Assembly: GCF_006345805.1 (NCBI RefSeq)
Contig: NC_043011.1
Location: 45,706,464-45,770,463, forward strand
Origin: Octopus sinensis
Lineage: Eukaryota
DNA length: 64,000 nucleotides
Direction of reading: 5' to 3'
Positions 24,501 to 39,700 of this stretch are shown piece by piece. Position 1 is the stretch's first letter. Every line of letters begins with the position of its first letter. The translations under genes were made by a program, and so were the position numbers. The notes under the pieces were generated by a model. That model was not told the DNA's origin, did no database searches, and worked only from the letters and a program-made list of their open reading frames with translations.

Positions 24501-25187
24501 GTTGTTGGTGGTGGTTTTGTTGTTGTTGTAATCCTTATTCAAATTATTTAAAGTTTTTAAAATTTATATTTCTCTCAAAAAATCATTTGCTATTTTGTGT
24601 TAGACAAGAAAAATATCCTTTAAGGTCTTGTCTAGCCCCAAAGAGGAAAGAATTAATGTAAACACTTTCAATCTGTACTTCTGAATTTTACAATTTCAAC
24701 TGGTAACACTTAGTGATATGGGAAAGCCAGACAAAACATGTCTGACTATCCCAAAACAACAACAATATAATGGTTTCCTTTTATAATAATAATAATAATA
24801 ATAGCTATAATGGTAACGAATCCACATCAGTCAGGTGCTGACAAACTTGAGAAGGTTCATGAATAATTGAATTACACTGGAGGTAGCAAGCTGAGAGAGA
24901 GAGAGAGAGAGAGATAGAGAGAGAGAGAGTGAGAGAGAGAGAGAGAAATAAAGTTAGAGGGAAAAGAGGGAAAAAAGGGAGAAAAGGAAAGCAGAGAATG
25001 AATTATATACATATACATATATATTGCTTATTTTGATTATACACAACACACACATACACGCTCATATATATACAGAGAGAGAGGGAGAGGAAACAGGCAA
25101 AGAAGGATTAAGAAAAGAGAATGATTGAAATAAAAAAGAAGGAAAAAAAGAAAGAGTGTTGGGAGAGAAAGTCAGTCGAAGAATGAC

Positions 25188-25241
<54 letters not shown>

Positions 25242-25635
25242 ATAATGAGTAAGACAATGTGTTGGAGTGTTTTTAGTTTAGAAGAAACTTTAGTTAATTA
25301 CAGCTGGCTGTTGTGCTGTTATGAAGAATATTAACTTACCATTTTACATGGAATCATATTAACTTACCAACTTACTGGCACCAAACTAATTTTGTAAATT
25401 ATGGAGAGAAATTGCTCCATTGCCTTTCTTCTTCCTTTCTTTGACTTTGGCTTTTCTTCCTCTTTTTCTTCCCAAACTTCTTCCTCTTTTTCTTATTCAT
25501 CTGGTTCTTTATGTCTTTGTTGATATTATTGTTGTAGTGGTAGTATAGAATGAGGGTGACCCTGAGTTAACAGACCTTGACAGCAAAGATATTCCAGCTG
25601 TGAGAAACCTATATTTTAATGCAATCCTAGATAGT

Positions 25636-25735
25636 NNNNNNNNNNNNNNNNNNNNNNNNNNNNNNNNNNNNNNNNNNNNNNNNNNNNNNNNNNNNNNNNN
25701 NNNNNNNNNNNNNNNNNNNNNNNNNNNNNNNNNNN
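25636..25735. other. Assembly gap (100 N)
   Basis: Run of exactly 100 n characters. Confidence 1.
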
Positions 25736-27099
25736 GACACAGTAGCCAAGGGTAGCTTTTTTTCCTGTCAACCATTTTGGCATGGTTTTTACAGATGGAT
25801 ACCCTTCCGAATGCCAACCACTTCACAGTCTGGACTAGTGTAGTCTTCAACTTGGATGGCTCCTGTCAAACCATCAAACTCATGCCAGCTTGGAAGACGG
25901 ACATTAAACCATGATGATGATCATCATGGAATGTTATGGGGGTCCAGTGAAATAAAATAGGAATCAAAAGGGTTCATAGGCAAAAAATAGTTGAGGATCA
26001 CTGCAATAGAGGACATTTGCCCAAGGTACCATGAAGTAGGACTGAACCCGGAACCATGTGGTTGGTAAGCAAGCTACTTACCACACATACATTTATTATT
26101 AATTTTTCATATTAAAATGGTTGGAGTAATTGTTGCTGTTTAGCCTTGGTTCAGTCCTGATTGTAATATACCATGATCAAAGACATTTCTTTCATGAACT
26201 TTAAGGCAACAGGATATGATTTCAGCAAGATTTAGCTGCTATTTCTTGCAGTGCCTGTGGTTTCCTTGTTTGACTCCTTAAGCTTCCTTCAATGCTGATG
26301 ATATTGTTGTTACTGTTGCTATTAGATGGTGAGCAGGCAGAATAGTTAGACCCTCAGAATGAATGTTTTGAGGTATTTCTTCCGGTTCTCTACATTCTGA
26401 GTTCAAGTCTGACCAGGGTCAATTTTATCTTTCATTTCTCCAGGGCCAATAAATTAAAGTACCGGTCAAGTGCTTGGGTTGATGGTATCACCAACCCACT
26501 CCTTCAAATGCCAGATCTTGTGCCAAAGCTAGAGACAATTCATTGTTGTTTAACCCCTGGTCAACCAAGATCCACTAGGCCTACAATCAAATGTGTTTCA
26601 GCTAGTGTCCTTCCATTTTGAAAGCAGTAGTGCGTGATTTGAGAGAAATTTTGGCTACCATTTCTAGCAAGATGAACTACCTCACAGAAGTTACCTTTTG
26701 ACTTCACTTTTTCATATTTTGTTAATCAGGCCAAACTGGAGCAAACAGAGGCACAACATCATGATTGTTATCAGATTTGAACATAGGATATTTTGGTTAG
26801 CAGTAGTCCACTACATTCGTTATTTTCACTTCTCAGCCATTATTGCCACACTTAATATGTAAAATAAGTAAATCACATGGAAATCATGATTTTTATATTA
26901 TTTTTATTTATTTTATTTTTCCAATTCCAGATAAGAGCATTGCAACAGATTTTAATAAGAAAAAAATTTGAACATCAGCAAAAACAGAAAGGCAGAGAGA
27001 GGAGGAGGAGGAGAGGAGGTAGAAAGGGAGACGTGGAGAGAGGTGGGGAGAGGAGAAATAGATAAACAGAAGGACAGACAGATAGATACATAAATATAT

Positions 27100-27147
27100 T
27101 TGTAGTTATATAGCTGAAAAGGTAGAAAGATAAATAGACAGACAGAC

Positions 27148-27231
<84 letters not shown>

Positions 27232-27352
27232 TGACAGATAGATAGATAGATAGATAGATTGACAGATAGATAGATAGATAGATTGACAGATAATTAGACA
27301 AATATATACATACATAGACACATAAATAAATAGACAGATCCACACATATATA

Positions 27353-27399
<47 letters not shown>

Positions 27400-28370
27400 A
27401 TGTATAGATAGATAGATAGGCTGATGGATAGATAGAGAAGGAGAGAGAAAAGGCAAGCAAACAGTAGATAAATAAATAAAGCAATAATGCTTTTAATGGA
27501 ATAGGGGAATATCTCTTAAGAGTCGAATTAAATATATATATATATATGCACACACACATATATATATATACATATATATACATACACACACACACATATA
27601 TATATATGTATATATACATATTTATACATACACACATATATATATATATGTATATATATATATACATACATGCACACACATACACATACACACAACATAC
27701 ACACACACACACACACATATATATATAGGTGTGTGTGTGTGTGTGTGTGTATAAAACTGTGACATATTCTAATTGACAGTGGAAGGTGGTGCGGTTGTGC
27801 TGATGGTGGTGGTGGTTGTGCTGATGGTGGTGGTGGTTGTGCTGATGGTGGTGGTGGCAGCGGTGGTCGCTGCAATGGCAGTGGTGGTGATAGTGTTGGC
27901 GGTGGTGGTGGTGGCTGAGGTAGTAGGTGAGGGATGCAGAACGAGGAGAAGGTAGGTGAAGATGGAAAGAGGTGATAATGAAGAGATGGGTTAGTAAGGG
28001 ATGCAGGTGAGGATGGGATAGAAGAGGTTTAGGAAGTAGGAGGAAGAGGAGGAGAGCAAAATGGGGAGAAGGAACAGGAGGAAGGGGAGGAAGAGTTCAA
28101 TAATTGAACAAGTTACAAACAAGAAAGATAAGAAGACAATTAAGATGAAGGACAACAAACACCCCAACAACAACAACATCAACAACAACATCAGCAACCA
28201 AGATAACAATAGTAACAATGATAATAACAGCAACCTCAATTAGAAACAGGAAACCCAGTTTCCATGTTGAAATACAACATCATTTAGAAATATTTTGCTG
28301 ACATTTTATCTTTCAATGATTAAGAATTCCAAATTTTCCAATCTGATATACATATATATATATATATTAG

Positions 28371-28436
<66 letters not shown>

Positions 28437-28468
28437 GCACAACACTATACATACATATACACACACAC

Positions 28469-28499
<31 letters not shown>

Positions 28500-28582
28500 C
28501 ACAACACACACACATACATATATACATATACATATATATATATATATATACACACACCACACACACACACATACATATATAC

Positions 28583-28613
<31 letters not shown>

Positions 28614-28637
28614 TGCACACACATACATATAACATAC

Positions 28638-28678
<41 letters not shown>

Positions 28679-28684
28679 CATATA

Positions 28685-28764
<80 letters not shown>

Positions 28765-28822
28765 TATATACATATATATATATATATATAATATATATAC
28801 ACACACACACTACATATATACA

Positions 28823-28901
<79 letters not shown>

Positions 28902-28940
28902 TATATATACACACAGACATGCACACTCATACATATATAC

Positions 28941-28979
<39 letters not shown>

Positions 28980-29020
28980 TTATATATATACACACCCACA
29001 CACATACACATACATATATA
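27100..29020. repeat. Compound microsatellite block: (ATAG)n, (AT)n, (AC)n, (GGT)n, purine-rich and (CAA)n segments
   Basis: Directly visible; it produces the long YI/HT/CV ORFs in the track. Confidence 0.95.
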
Positions 29021-29025
29021 AACAT

Positions 29026-30010
29026 AGAAAGAGTTTGAGAAAAAACCGAGTTTCATTGGGAAATTAAATCCTCATAGGCGTACATGGTATTGCGAGATTC
29101 CAAAACAAATCGTCCATACCGTTTCATCACTCGATAAAGAATGAATACTGGGTAGATTACTTCATATAAGGGAAGGAATTTGATGTTGAGAGAAAGAGGA
29201 AAGGAGGGGAAGGGGTGAAACTTTAATGAAGTTGGGATCACAAAAAAGAAAAAAATATATATATAAATTTAAGCATAATTATAAAGGATAATAATAAATA
29301 TAAAATATAATAAAAAAAGTAAAGATGTAAAAAAAATAAGTATATAAAGATACAAAGGACGTCACGTATAGGGTCATAAATTCTAGAAATGTATTTTTTG
29401 TGATCCCAATTTCATTAAAGTTTCACCTCCTTCCTTTCATCATCTTTAACCTTTCATCATCTGACACAAGATCATCTCCTCCAACGCCCCTTACCCCTCT
29501 CAAAGACTCCTTGTCTTGCAAGTTACTTAGTGCTGGTGCCATGTAAAAAGCATCCAGTTCACATTGTAAAGTTGTTGGCATTTGGAAGGACATCCAGCTG
29601 TAAAAAATCATGCCAAAACTGACCTCACATGTGCTAGTGCCACATAAAAAGCATTTCCTCTTTCTCTCAACATCCAATTCCTTCCCTTATATGAAGTAAT
29701 CTACCCAGTATTCATTCTTTATCGAGTGAAGAAACAGTATGGATAATTTGTTTTGGAGTCTCGCAATGAAAATCGGTTTTTTTCTCAAACTCTTTCTCAA
29801 ACCTGTTATAATGTGATACATGTCTTTGGTGTGGTAATTGTATGCGGCTGAAGAAGGCTTTTGATCTATCTGTTATATCAATTATGCATTGATATAAGAA
29901 TAAGTTGTTCAATAAAGCCCGAAACATATGTACCGCAAAATCCTTTGCGTCCTGTTTTTCTTTTGATACATATATCCTATCACCTATACAGGTGCTTACA
30001 TTTATCAAGT
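29026..30010. repeat. Inverted duplication (~220-bp arms) of the end of an unidentified ORF-bearing segment, right arm split by an RTE 3' UTR
   Basis: 29026-29246 is the reverse complement of 29396-29440 plus 29655-29810; minus ORF 29712-30008 overlaps the right arm. Confidence 0.7.
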
Positions 30011-30112
30011 ATTCACCTTGAGTTTATATATATATATATATTATATATATATATATAATATATATGTACATACATATATATATATGTTTATATATATATA
30101 GGTATATATGTG

Positions 30113-30260
30113 TGTATGTCAGCAAAATTCGTCCCCAAGGTGCACCAGAAGCAACTCTGCATGGAAAACACTCAAGAAATGTTGGACTGTGCAAACCATA
30201 GTGCGAACTTCATGAAGACCATCGTCACTGGCGATGAGACATGGCTGTGTGGTCTCTGCT
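30113..30260 (+). pseudogene. Mariner transposase central fragment
   Basis: SAKFVPK...QEMLDCANHSANFMKTIVTGDETW: includes the first catalytic Asp motif TGDETW. Confidence 0.85.
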
Positions 30261-30485
30261 ATGATGCATTCAATTATCTTGCAAGAAAATAAAAATTCAA
30301 TGAGTGTGCACTACACATTTGTACTCTAGACATAAGAGCTGGGAACCATCACAGCCTACCAGCATGGGAATTTTCAAGCATGAGCAGGAAGGGTGTATCA
30401 TCTCCCACCAAAAAGTTTCTTCCCATGCAGCATTAGTTTTGGTAGGAAAAATAAGTCGAATACATTTTGAATATATAAATATATA

Positions 30486-30546
<61 letters not shown>

Positions 30547-31216
30547 GTGTGTGTTTTGAATATATATGTGTGTGTGTGTGTGTATATATAAATTAGAGAA
30601 GAATCACCTTTTATCAATTCAACTATGATACAATTAAATTATACCATTTAGAAAATAATTAAATGTACGATAAAACATGTACCAATAATTAAGTAAAGTA
30701 CAAAATAATAAATAAAAAGTATATAATTGGTAAAAAGACTACACGTGTTTCGTGGCTATATTTCTATATGGTATAATTTAATTATATCATTGTTATTTCA
30801 TTGTTGAATTGATAAAAGGTGGTTCTTCTCTAATTTATATGTATATATATATTATATATTGTTAAATTTGATTTAGTATTACTAAATTGAATTTTTCCCA
30901 GTAAGTTTGGAATAATATTCCCTATTATTATTATTATTATTATTATCATTATTATTATTATTATTATGTAGTTTTATTTTTATAACGTGCTTTCACTTCA
31001 TTACTGAGCACAGCTCTGTGTGCCTTGGGTATGTGCTGTAATTTGTTGTGATGGTCTGATGGTTATTGTATGGAAAGTGTTCTGCGTAGGATGTGTGCAG
31101 TGCCTAGTAGTGCAATTTTCTGTATGTTGTATGTGTTTGTAAGTCCTGGTGTTTTTGTTATGTATTTGTCTGAATATTTTTTTTATCATGCCTAATGCAC
31201 CTACTACTACTACTAC

Positions 31217-31248
<32 letters not shown>

Positions 31249-31379
31249 TATTATTATTCTTATTATTATATATATATATGAATTATCCTCATCTTCACAA
31301 CTTTTGCATTTGGCAAAGCTTGCATGGGTTGGGTAGGTATTCTCCAATACAGTTTGATGTCATATGTCACAGTCAGTTA

Positions 31380-31875
31380 TTATCTCAAGAGATCAGCCTT
31401 CAACCTTAACTCATATTTTCTTTAGTCTTCTTCTGCTACATATTCCTTCATCCTGGAGCCTTTTGTCATTTCTTCACCTGCTTGTCATTCTCTATACTAT
31501 TTCTCTATTCTCATTCTCTATATTATTTCTCTATACCAGTACCAGCACACTCTGTATCAGATACCTTGTATATCCAGTTTTTGCTCTTAGCATATTTATG
31601 TTCTGTCATTCATGTGCACTAATATTAACCAACCAACTTACTTTTGTTTTCCTCTAGCTTTTACACATTCACATCTAGCGCTCATGTTTTGCCACCATGC
31701 AACATCATACAAGCATCACACATTCTCCCCTTCAAATGGAGAGGAAAACCTTTTTTATGTCAGCAACAATAATAGGTTACTTAGCTCTTACTCTGCCTAC
31801 AATGCAATTAGAACACTTACTTTCATTACTAATTAGGTCACCAATATAACAGAACACCTTCTCCTGCTTTACCTT
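31380..31875 (-). pseudogene. RTE-clade LINE RT C-terminal fragment, highly degenerate
   Basis: Minus strand KVFCYIGDLISNE...GRVR, then MLHGGKT*AL and LRAKTGYTR pieces, resembling FCYLGD...MLHGSETW...LREKLGIR. Confidence 0.7.
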
Positions 31876-31897
31876 ATATAATATATACATATATATA

Positions 31898-31940
<43 letters not shown>

Positions 31941-32136
31941 ATATATATCTATATAATATATATATATGTATATATACACACACCACACACACACTATATA
32001 TATATACACACATACATACATATATATATATATACACACATACATATATGTATATATATATATATATACATACACACACATATACATATATTACACACAT
32101 ACACACACACACTTATATACCAATCTCTCTCTCTCT

Positions 32137-32185
<49 letters not shown>

Positions 32186-32558
32186 CATAATTACACACAT
32201 ACAGAGAAATATATGAATATTCATAAGTACATATTTCGTTTTCTTTTGAAATGTCTTTCATTATTCCACAACAACAATAAAAACAAATAAAAACAACTAC
32301 AACCTTAACTACAACAACAACAGCAATGACAACCATGACAACACAACGTGACCACAGCAAAATTCGAAATAGCTGATAATCACAAGTGGATTTTTCCAGA
32401 AAGAATGGAGCCTAGAATAATATTACAGCTGCCTGACTTTTTTTTTAAATTTTTGTTTCTGTCTTTTGGACTTTCCTCACTGACTCTTTAAATATGTTTG
32501 TTTGTTTTTTTTATTTTTATTTCTTTTCTTTTTTTTATTTCTCAGGCCCTTTTACCAA

Positions 32559-32591
<33 letters not shown>

Positions 32592-33280
32592 AATGTAGTA
32601 TTACACAGCACCAGTACAGGTGAGGTTAGTTTTGGCATGATTTTTACAGCTGGATGCCCTTCCAAATACTAACCATTTTACAGTGTAGACTGGATGCTTT
32701 TTTATGTGGTCACTAAATAACTTGCAAGACAAGGAATTTTGAGAGGGGTTAGGCATTGGCAGAGGGGCAGATGATGAAAGGTTAGAGTGTGACAGAGAGA
32801 CAGAAACAGAAAGGCGGCAAGCTGGCAGAAATGTTAGCACACTGGGCGAAATGCTTAGCGGTATTTCATCTGTCTTTATGTTCTCAGTTCAAATTCCGCT
32901 GAGGTCAACTTTGCCTTTCATCCTTTTGGGGTTGATAAATCAAGTACCAGTTATGCACTGGGGTCGATATAACCGACTTAATCCATTTGTCTGTCCTTGT
33001 TTGTCCTCTCTGTGTTTAGCCCCTTGTGGACAATAAAGAAATAAGAGAAACAGGTGTCTGCTGAGAGATGTAGGTTTATGTAAACATATACACACATATC
33101 AATAATACAGACAGACAGAGAATACTACTGTCATATTCATATATATATAGCTGTGCGTATATACAAACATGCTTTGATGATTAGAGAGATCTTCGATCAA
33201 TGCCATTCCCAGATTGGCTCCAGTTGTAAGCTCTCCTGTAGCAAAAGAACTGCATCATTCATACATTAACATATTTTCGT

Positions 33281-33808
33281 GGCTGTGTGGCAAGAAGCTT
33301 ACTTCACAACCACATGGTACCAAGTTCAGTCCTACTGCATGGCACCTTGGGCAAGTATCTTCTACTATAGCCTCAGACTGACCAAAGCCTTGTGAGTGAA
33401 TTTGGTAGACCAAAACTGAAAGAAGTCTAGTGTATGGATATATATATATATATGTACATTTCATTTCCGTATTTGGTTTGCAAGATTCTTTATGTGAATT
33501 CGGGTGTTGAAGCATATTTTATTGTGTTTGGGGAGAGTTATTCTCTTTTAGTGCCTTGTTAATTTAACATACTCACTGGTTTGATTTCCACTCATTTACT
33601 TATTTATTTTTTACTAAAATTTTCATTGCGTCTTGCAAGATGCAGCAAAAATAAAACAAGGCACTAAAAGAGAATACCCCACTTAAGACACAATAAAATA
33701 TGCTTCAACACACGAATTCACATAAAGAATCTTGCAAATCAAAAACGAGAATGATTCTCTCCAGACACAATAAAATATATGTGTGTGTGTGTGTGAGTGT
33801 ATATATAT

Positions 33809-33865
<57 letters not shown>

Positions 33866-34070
33866 CTTTGTGTCTGTGTTTGTCTCCCCTAGCATGACAA
33901 CCGATGTTGGTGTTTGCCTCCCCATAACTTAGCAGTTTGGCAAAAGAGACTGATAGAATAAGTACTTACAAAGACTAAGTCCTGGGGTCAATTTCTTCAA
34001 CTAAAAAAAAAAACCTTTTAGGTGGTGCTTCAGCATGGCCACAGTCAAATGACTGTAATAAGTAAAAGAA
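33281..34070 (+). mobile_element. tRNA-derived SINE (family A) interrupted at its internal microsatellite by an inverted-repeat insert
   Basis: 5' half 33281-33435 and 3' half 33850-34070 match family A; the insert spans 33455-33775. Confidence 0.8.
33455..33775. repeat. Inverted duplication (~90-bp arms) embedded in (AT)n
   Basis: 33470-33560 (TTTGCAAGATTCTTTATGTGAATTCG...GTGCCTTGTT) is the reverse complement of 33655-33745. Confidence 0.8.
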
Positions 34071-34246
34071 TATGTATGTTTTTCATTTTATTTCTCCCCA
34101 CTATTAGTTCACTGTTGTCCTCTTCCTCTGATTTTATGTAAACCACCTCACAAACTATTACTTTAGTAATGTCCATCCTCATCTCATGCCCTTGTGGCAA
34201 ATAGAAGAAATTATTATCATTTTATTATTATTATTATTATTATTAT

Positions 34247-34794
34247 TGAGTGAGAGAGCAGTGCATGCCATCAAAGTGACACTGGGGTAAAATATACGAA
34301 GCCCATTATACCCATCATGACTACCCGTCTGATAAAGGTACACCAGGTACATGAATCACAACCATTTGTGTGCGACATGGTGATCTCAAGATAAACAGCA
34401 CATGACCTTGCAGGTGGGGCCCAGTTAGAATTTTCTTCTGGTCGAGTAGCCCATCCCATTCAAAAGGTCCCTAAATAAGGATTGTTTAAGGATGTTGAAA
34501 GAACCACCCATGTTTCCAGAGGTGAATTATTCAAACCCCAAAGAATCCCTCTCAACACATGGCTATGATGCTCCCCCACTACTTCTACTTGTGATCAGAG
34601 ATGCACATATCATCAGCCACTAAGGGACATGCTCAACTGGTTAAAGTCAAACAACTGACAAGCAAATCTGTGGTATTGAGCAGAATATTTGCTGTAGCCC
34701 ATCTTTTATACCAAGACAAAACAATGTACATGATAACACTTCCAATCAGTTAAGATCAGGAGCCATGAGAGCCACTGTCTGGTACTGCATCAGA
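34247..34794 (-). mobile_element. Probable (TAA)n-tailed retroposon, unclassified
   Basis: ~550 bp of balanced-composition sequence bounded on both sides by (TTA)n; single copy in this window, no ORF recognised. Confidence 0.4.
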
Positions 34795-35618
34795 TTATTA
34801 TTATTATTATTATCATTATTATTACTATTACTATTCTTCTTCTTCTTCTTCTTCAAGACAGTGAGCTGGTAGAATTGTTAGCACGCTGGGCGAAATGCTT
34901 AGTGGTATTTCGTCTGCTGTTACATTCTGAGTTCAAATTCTGACGAGGTCAACTTAGCCTTTCATCCTTTTGGGGTCGATAAATTAAGTACCAGCGAAGC
35001 ATTGGAGCTGATGTAATCGACTAGTCCCCTCCCCTGAAATTTCGGGCCTTGTGCCTATAGTAGAAAGAATTATTACTGTTGTTGTTGTTGCTGTTGTTAT
35101 CATCATCTCTATCATTGCTTTAAACAATATTCTTCTGTTCAAAGTCTTCTAAAATATTACAACAGCATACTTATGAGAAATGGTTTACATATTCAAGATT
35201 TTTTTTTTCTCTTCAAAAGAAATATTTCTCCATTATCTGAAAGATTGGTGAGGAATTTTATTCCAATGGTTTTGTTGAAGAAATATTTTCACATTAAAGT
35301 TCAGTTTTTTAAATCCTGAATTTTATACAAAATATATATGTCAGTTTTGCATGCACTTTATATACACACATTATATATATATATTTATACACACACACAC
35401 ACACACATATATGTGTGTGTATGTGTGTGTATTTGTGTGCATGCATATAGAAGAATGAAATGAATACATGGCAGTGTGAAACAAGTCCATTAATACAATT
35501 AAAGAAAATAATAATAAAATCGATATTAACTGGAAACTTCACAAATGGCAACTCTGAGTTTCACATTTTACTGATTCTTAGGCAATAAATGAAATTAATA
35601 AAACTTATAGTTTTTTTG

Positions 35619-35915
35619 TGGAGGCAATTGGCCTAGTGGTTAGAGCAGTGGACTCACAGTCGAGAGATCATGGGTTCGAATCTCAGACCGGATGATGTGT
35701 GTGTTTATGAGCGAAACACTTAAGCTCCACACGGCTCCAGCAGAAGGAAATGGAGAACTTTTGCTGACTCTTTCGCCATAACTTTCTCTCACTCCTGCAT
35801 CTTGCAACTCACCTGCGACAGACTGGCATCCCATCCAGGTGGGGAACCTATATGCCAAGGAAACCAGGAGACCGGCCCTAATGAGCCAGGCGTGGCTCAA
35901 GAAGGAACAAACAAC
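35619..35915 (+). mobile_element. tRNA-derived SINE related to families B and D
   Basis: Head GGAGGCAATTGGCCTAGTGGTTAGAGCAG...GGGTTCGAATCTC with A/B boxes; the body shares segments with 2700-2900 and 5040-5130. Confidence 0.8.
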
Positions 35916-37006
35916 ATCATATAGTTTTATATGAGACATAAACCCATGCCAGTTTAGAAGACGGAGCTAAAAAAAATTGATGATGATTATGATGATGATG
36001 ATGATGAAATATAAACTGTTGAATATAGGTGCTATCATTAGAAAATATTCTTTTGATTTGCTTGGAGTTTGTAACAGCAGTATTTATTGAAGATGTTCGC
36101 TCACTACACTTTTCAATATATTTCAACAAAAAAAATTCTAGTTCATGCTGAGAAAAACATTGAAAGTGAAATTCATTTTAGCAAAGGGTGACTTTTTCTC
36201 TTTTTATTAATTTGGAAAGTATACCCGCCTGGTATGAGGCTGTCCAGCATTCAACCATTATATATTTTAAAATATTTCAACTGCGGCTGAGTAATAAGAA
36301 AGTTGCATCCCAAGTATGTGGTTTTGGGTTCATTCCACACTGTGGCACACCTTAGCAAGTGTCTTCCACTATAACCCCAGTCTAACCAAAGCCTTGTGAG
36401 TGAATTCGTGGAAGGCAGAAGCCTGCTGTATATATTCAGGTGTGTGTGTGTCTTTGTGTTTGCGCTTAACCCCACCACTGCTTGGCAACCAGGTTCGTAT
36501 TTATTTTTACATCCCCCATAACTTAGTGGTTTGACAAAAGAAGACTGATTGAATGAGTGCCTGGTTTAAAAATCAGGTCAATTTTATCAACTGAACTGTA
36601 CAATGTAGTGCCTCAGTATGGCCATAGTCCAAAGGCTGAAACAAATGAAATATAAAGAATATAAAAAAGAGATAAATTTTTCGATTTATACCATGTGACT
36701 ATCTTAAACAGTATTCCCATTGGACAATATGTTCATTTTCTCTGCCATAACAACTCAGTTATTATTGTCCTGATTATAAAAGTACCATGTTGTATCTTTC
36801 GAATACATTGTATTTTCTAATATTTTTATTTTTTAAAGAATAAATATACTTTAACAAAATTATGTTTAAAGATCTTTTAAGATTTTTGAAAGTTGATTGA
36901 ACCTTACTTTAAAAAAGTCCTGTCAATCTGATATAACATTTAGAAACTGAATAATCAGCTGTAATTACTTGTTTGACAAATTGTTGATTTCAAAGCACAA
37001 ATTTTT

Positions 37007-37288
37007 GTCCAGACCTTACACCTTGTGAATTTTGTTGTTTTTCAATCTGAAGGAGAACCTCAGGGGCAATAATTTCAAAGATGTTATGAAGATGAAGGAG
37101 GCTGTGACAAGGGTCCTGGACATCTTCACTTTGAAAGACTTCCATGGGGTTTTCATGAAATGACTTGAATGCTACAACAAGTGCATTGAAGTCAGAGGAG
37201 ACTACTTTGAAGGGGATTGAAGTTTTGTACTTCTTTGAAATTAATGTCTTTCCTGAAAATGTCTCAAAACCTCTGGTATGCACCTTAT
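37007..37288 (+). mobile_element. Mariner transposase C-terminus and 3' end
   Basis: SPDLTPCEF...LKENLRGN...MKEAVTRVLDIFTLKDFHGVFMK*LECYNKCIEVRGDYFEGD*, the SPDL(A)PxD and YFEG mariner C-terminal motifs (frameshifted). Confidence 0.85.
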
Positions 37289-37564
37289 GGTCAGCCTGGA
37301 CCTACAGTAGAAGACATTTACTCATGATGACATGCAGTTGAACTGAACCTAAATCATGTGGTTGGGAAGTAAGTTTGTCAACCACACAGCCAAGTCTGCA
37401 TCTTTACTCTCTCTCTCTCTCACACACACAGTGTGTGTATGTGTTTGTATATATACAATTAATCCCCCAAAAATGAATAAAAAAAAGACAAGAAAAAAGC
37501 AATAACATGAGGACGTGGTACATGCAAAGTATTAATAAGATACTCAGGGAAGGAAAGAAAGGGT

Positions 37565-37599
37565 GTTTTATATTTCGAGCAAAGCTCTTCTTCACAAAC
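37565..37599 (-). ncRNA. Degenerate minimal hammerhead motif
   Basis: GTTT-GTGAAGA-AGAGC-TTT-GCTC-GAAA-TA-TA-AAAC; C3 changed to G, so probably inactive. Confidence 0.5.
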
Positions 37600-37879
37600 A
37601 GGAGACAGAGGATTAACTATTTACCGCATGCTTACTCGGACCCCTGTCCTTCCGACTGGCTTTGGAGTACCTAATTCACGGAATTCTATCTACCATCAGA
37701 TTATTTTACCTTGTTTTCAGAGTATGCCATTTCTGCACCTTGATTATAAATCATTATATATATATATATATATTATATATATATATATATACACATACAT
37801 AATTGAATTTTAGATCTATGTAGTGGTATTTTGTTACTGTCTCTCTACAGTAGTAGATATATATATATATGCACTTGGG

Positions 37880-38367
37880 TGCATTTGTGGGCCTACATGA
37901 ATGCACACACATACACACAAACACACACACATACACATAAATACATACAAACACTTAAACATGCACACATATATATACACACAAACACATACACATATAC
38001 ATAAATACATACAAACACACATGCATGCATATACATACTCATGCACACACAAACATACACATATATATACACACATGTACATAAGTATGTATATACAATT
38101 GTTTACATGTGTATATGTATGTATCCATGAACATATTTATGCACATACACATACACTAACATATGAGAGCATATGTGTGTGTATTAGTGTCTGTGCATGT
38201 GTGTGTGTGTGTGTGTGTGTGCAATTCTAAATCCCAGTGGGTTCATTATAAAAGCACCAGCACTTCAAGTTTGGTTCACTTAGAAGAAATTACAGTCCAC
38301 CACTTTAAACTGTTTTTCTGGTTCCTTTGGATAAAGAAACTCACACACACATACACACACACACACG

Positions 38368-38415
<48 letters not shown>

Positions 38416-39171
38416 TACACACATTTGCACACACACACACACACACTCACACCTACACATGCACACATACTACCAGAGATGTACATACATAAACACACAG
38501 AAACACATTACACACACTCACATATACATACATACATACATACATATATACATACATACACACACATACACACACACACATATATATGTGTATATATATA
38601 TGTATATATATATATATAAAGAAGCACAAAAGTATTCATCCATTCACAGATCCAAATACAAACACATATACATATAGCGATACAAATATATACACATATC
38701 CATACAAACTGCACTGTCCATAAATATACACAGGCACAAACATATATACACCTAGTATACACCGATAACTTTTTAAGCAATGAAAATGTAGCAATAATTA
38801 GCTTTCTCTAGATTTTCTCATTAAAACGCTGCTGGATAAAATCTAATTTCCATCAATTATCATTGAATTTTGCAACGAAACAAGAAGAGAAAATTCTCAC
38901 TGCCATTACCACCACCACCACCACCACAACAACAACAACAGCAGCAGCGGCAACAAAAACAACGTTAACGACAAGGTATCACATACAGTTCTAAGAAACA
39001 AAAGACAAAGACAATGGAAGAAATAAAAGGAAAACCGTACCTGACTGAACGAACAGCATTGGAATTTTTTTGTACTTGTTTCTGAACTTTTCTTTGTAAG
39101 GTTTTTAAAAATTTGTTTGAATTTGTTTTGTCATATATATATATATATGTGTGTGGGTGCATATATATATG

Positions 39172-39251
<80 letters not shown>

Positions 39252-39449
39252 GTGTGTGGTATGTGTATACCTATCTATATACATATATTATATATACATA
39301 TACACATGATGGTGTATGTGTGTGTATTTATATATATATATATATATGTACACATGTATATAAACAAACACACATACACACACATATACATACAGATCTA
39401 TATATGTATATATATCTATATACACATACATCTATATATATATACATAT

Positions 39450-39486
<37 letters not shown>

Positions 39487-39544
39487 CATACATACATACA
39501 TACATACATGCATTCACATATATATTTACACATGTATATATACA

Positions 39545-39589
<45 letters not shown>

Positions 39590-39700
39590 GCATACACACA
39601 CATATATACACATACACACACTCACACACACTCTCTCTCTCACACACACACCCACACACACACCCACACCCACACACACACCCACACCCACACTCACTCA
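37880..39700. repeat. Compound (AC)n/(AT)n/(ATAC)n microsatellite region
   Basis: Directly visible, with short unique interruptions. Confidence 0.9.

Noticed and set aside
25380-25520. Lys-rich minus-strand frame with nearby GTAAGT donors
   Set aside because: Low-complexity polypyrimidine tract, in-frame stop before the donors, and no acceptor
26975-29056. Long ORFs (up to 247 aa) rich in Y/I/C/V/H/T, here and at 1391-1840, 37834-39782, 45286-46373 and 47610-47979
   Set aside because: Translations of (AT)n, (AC)n and (ATAG)n microsatellites with no stops in some frames; not protein coding
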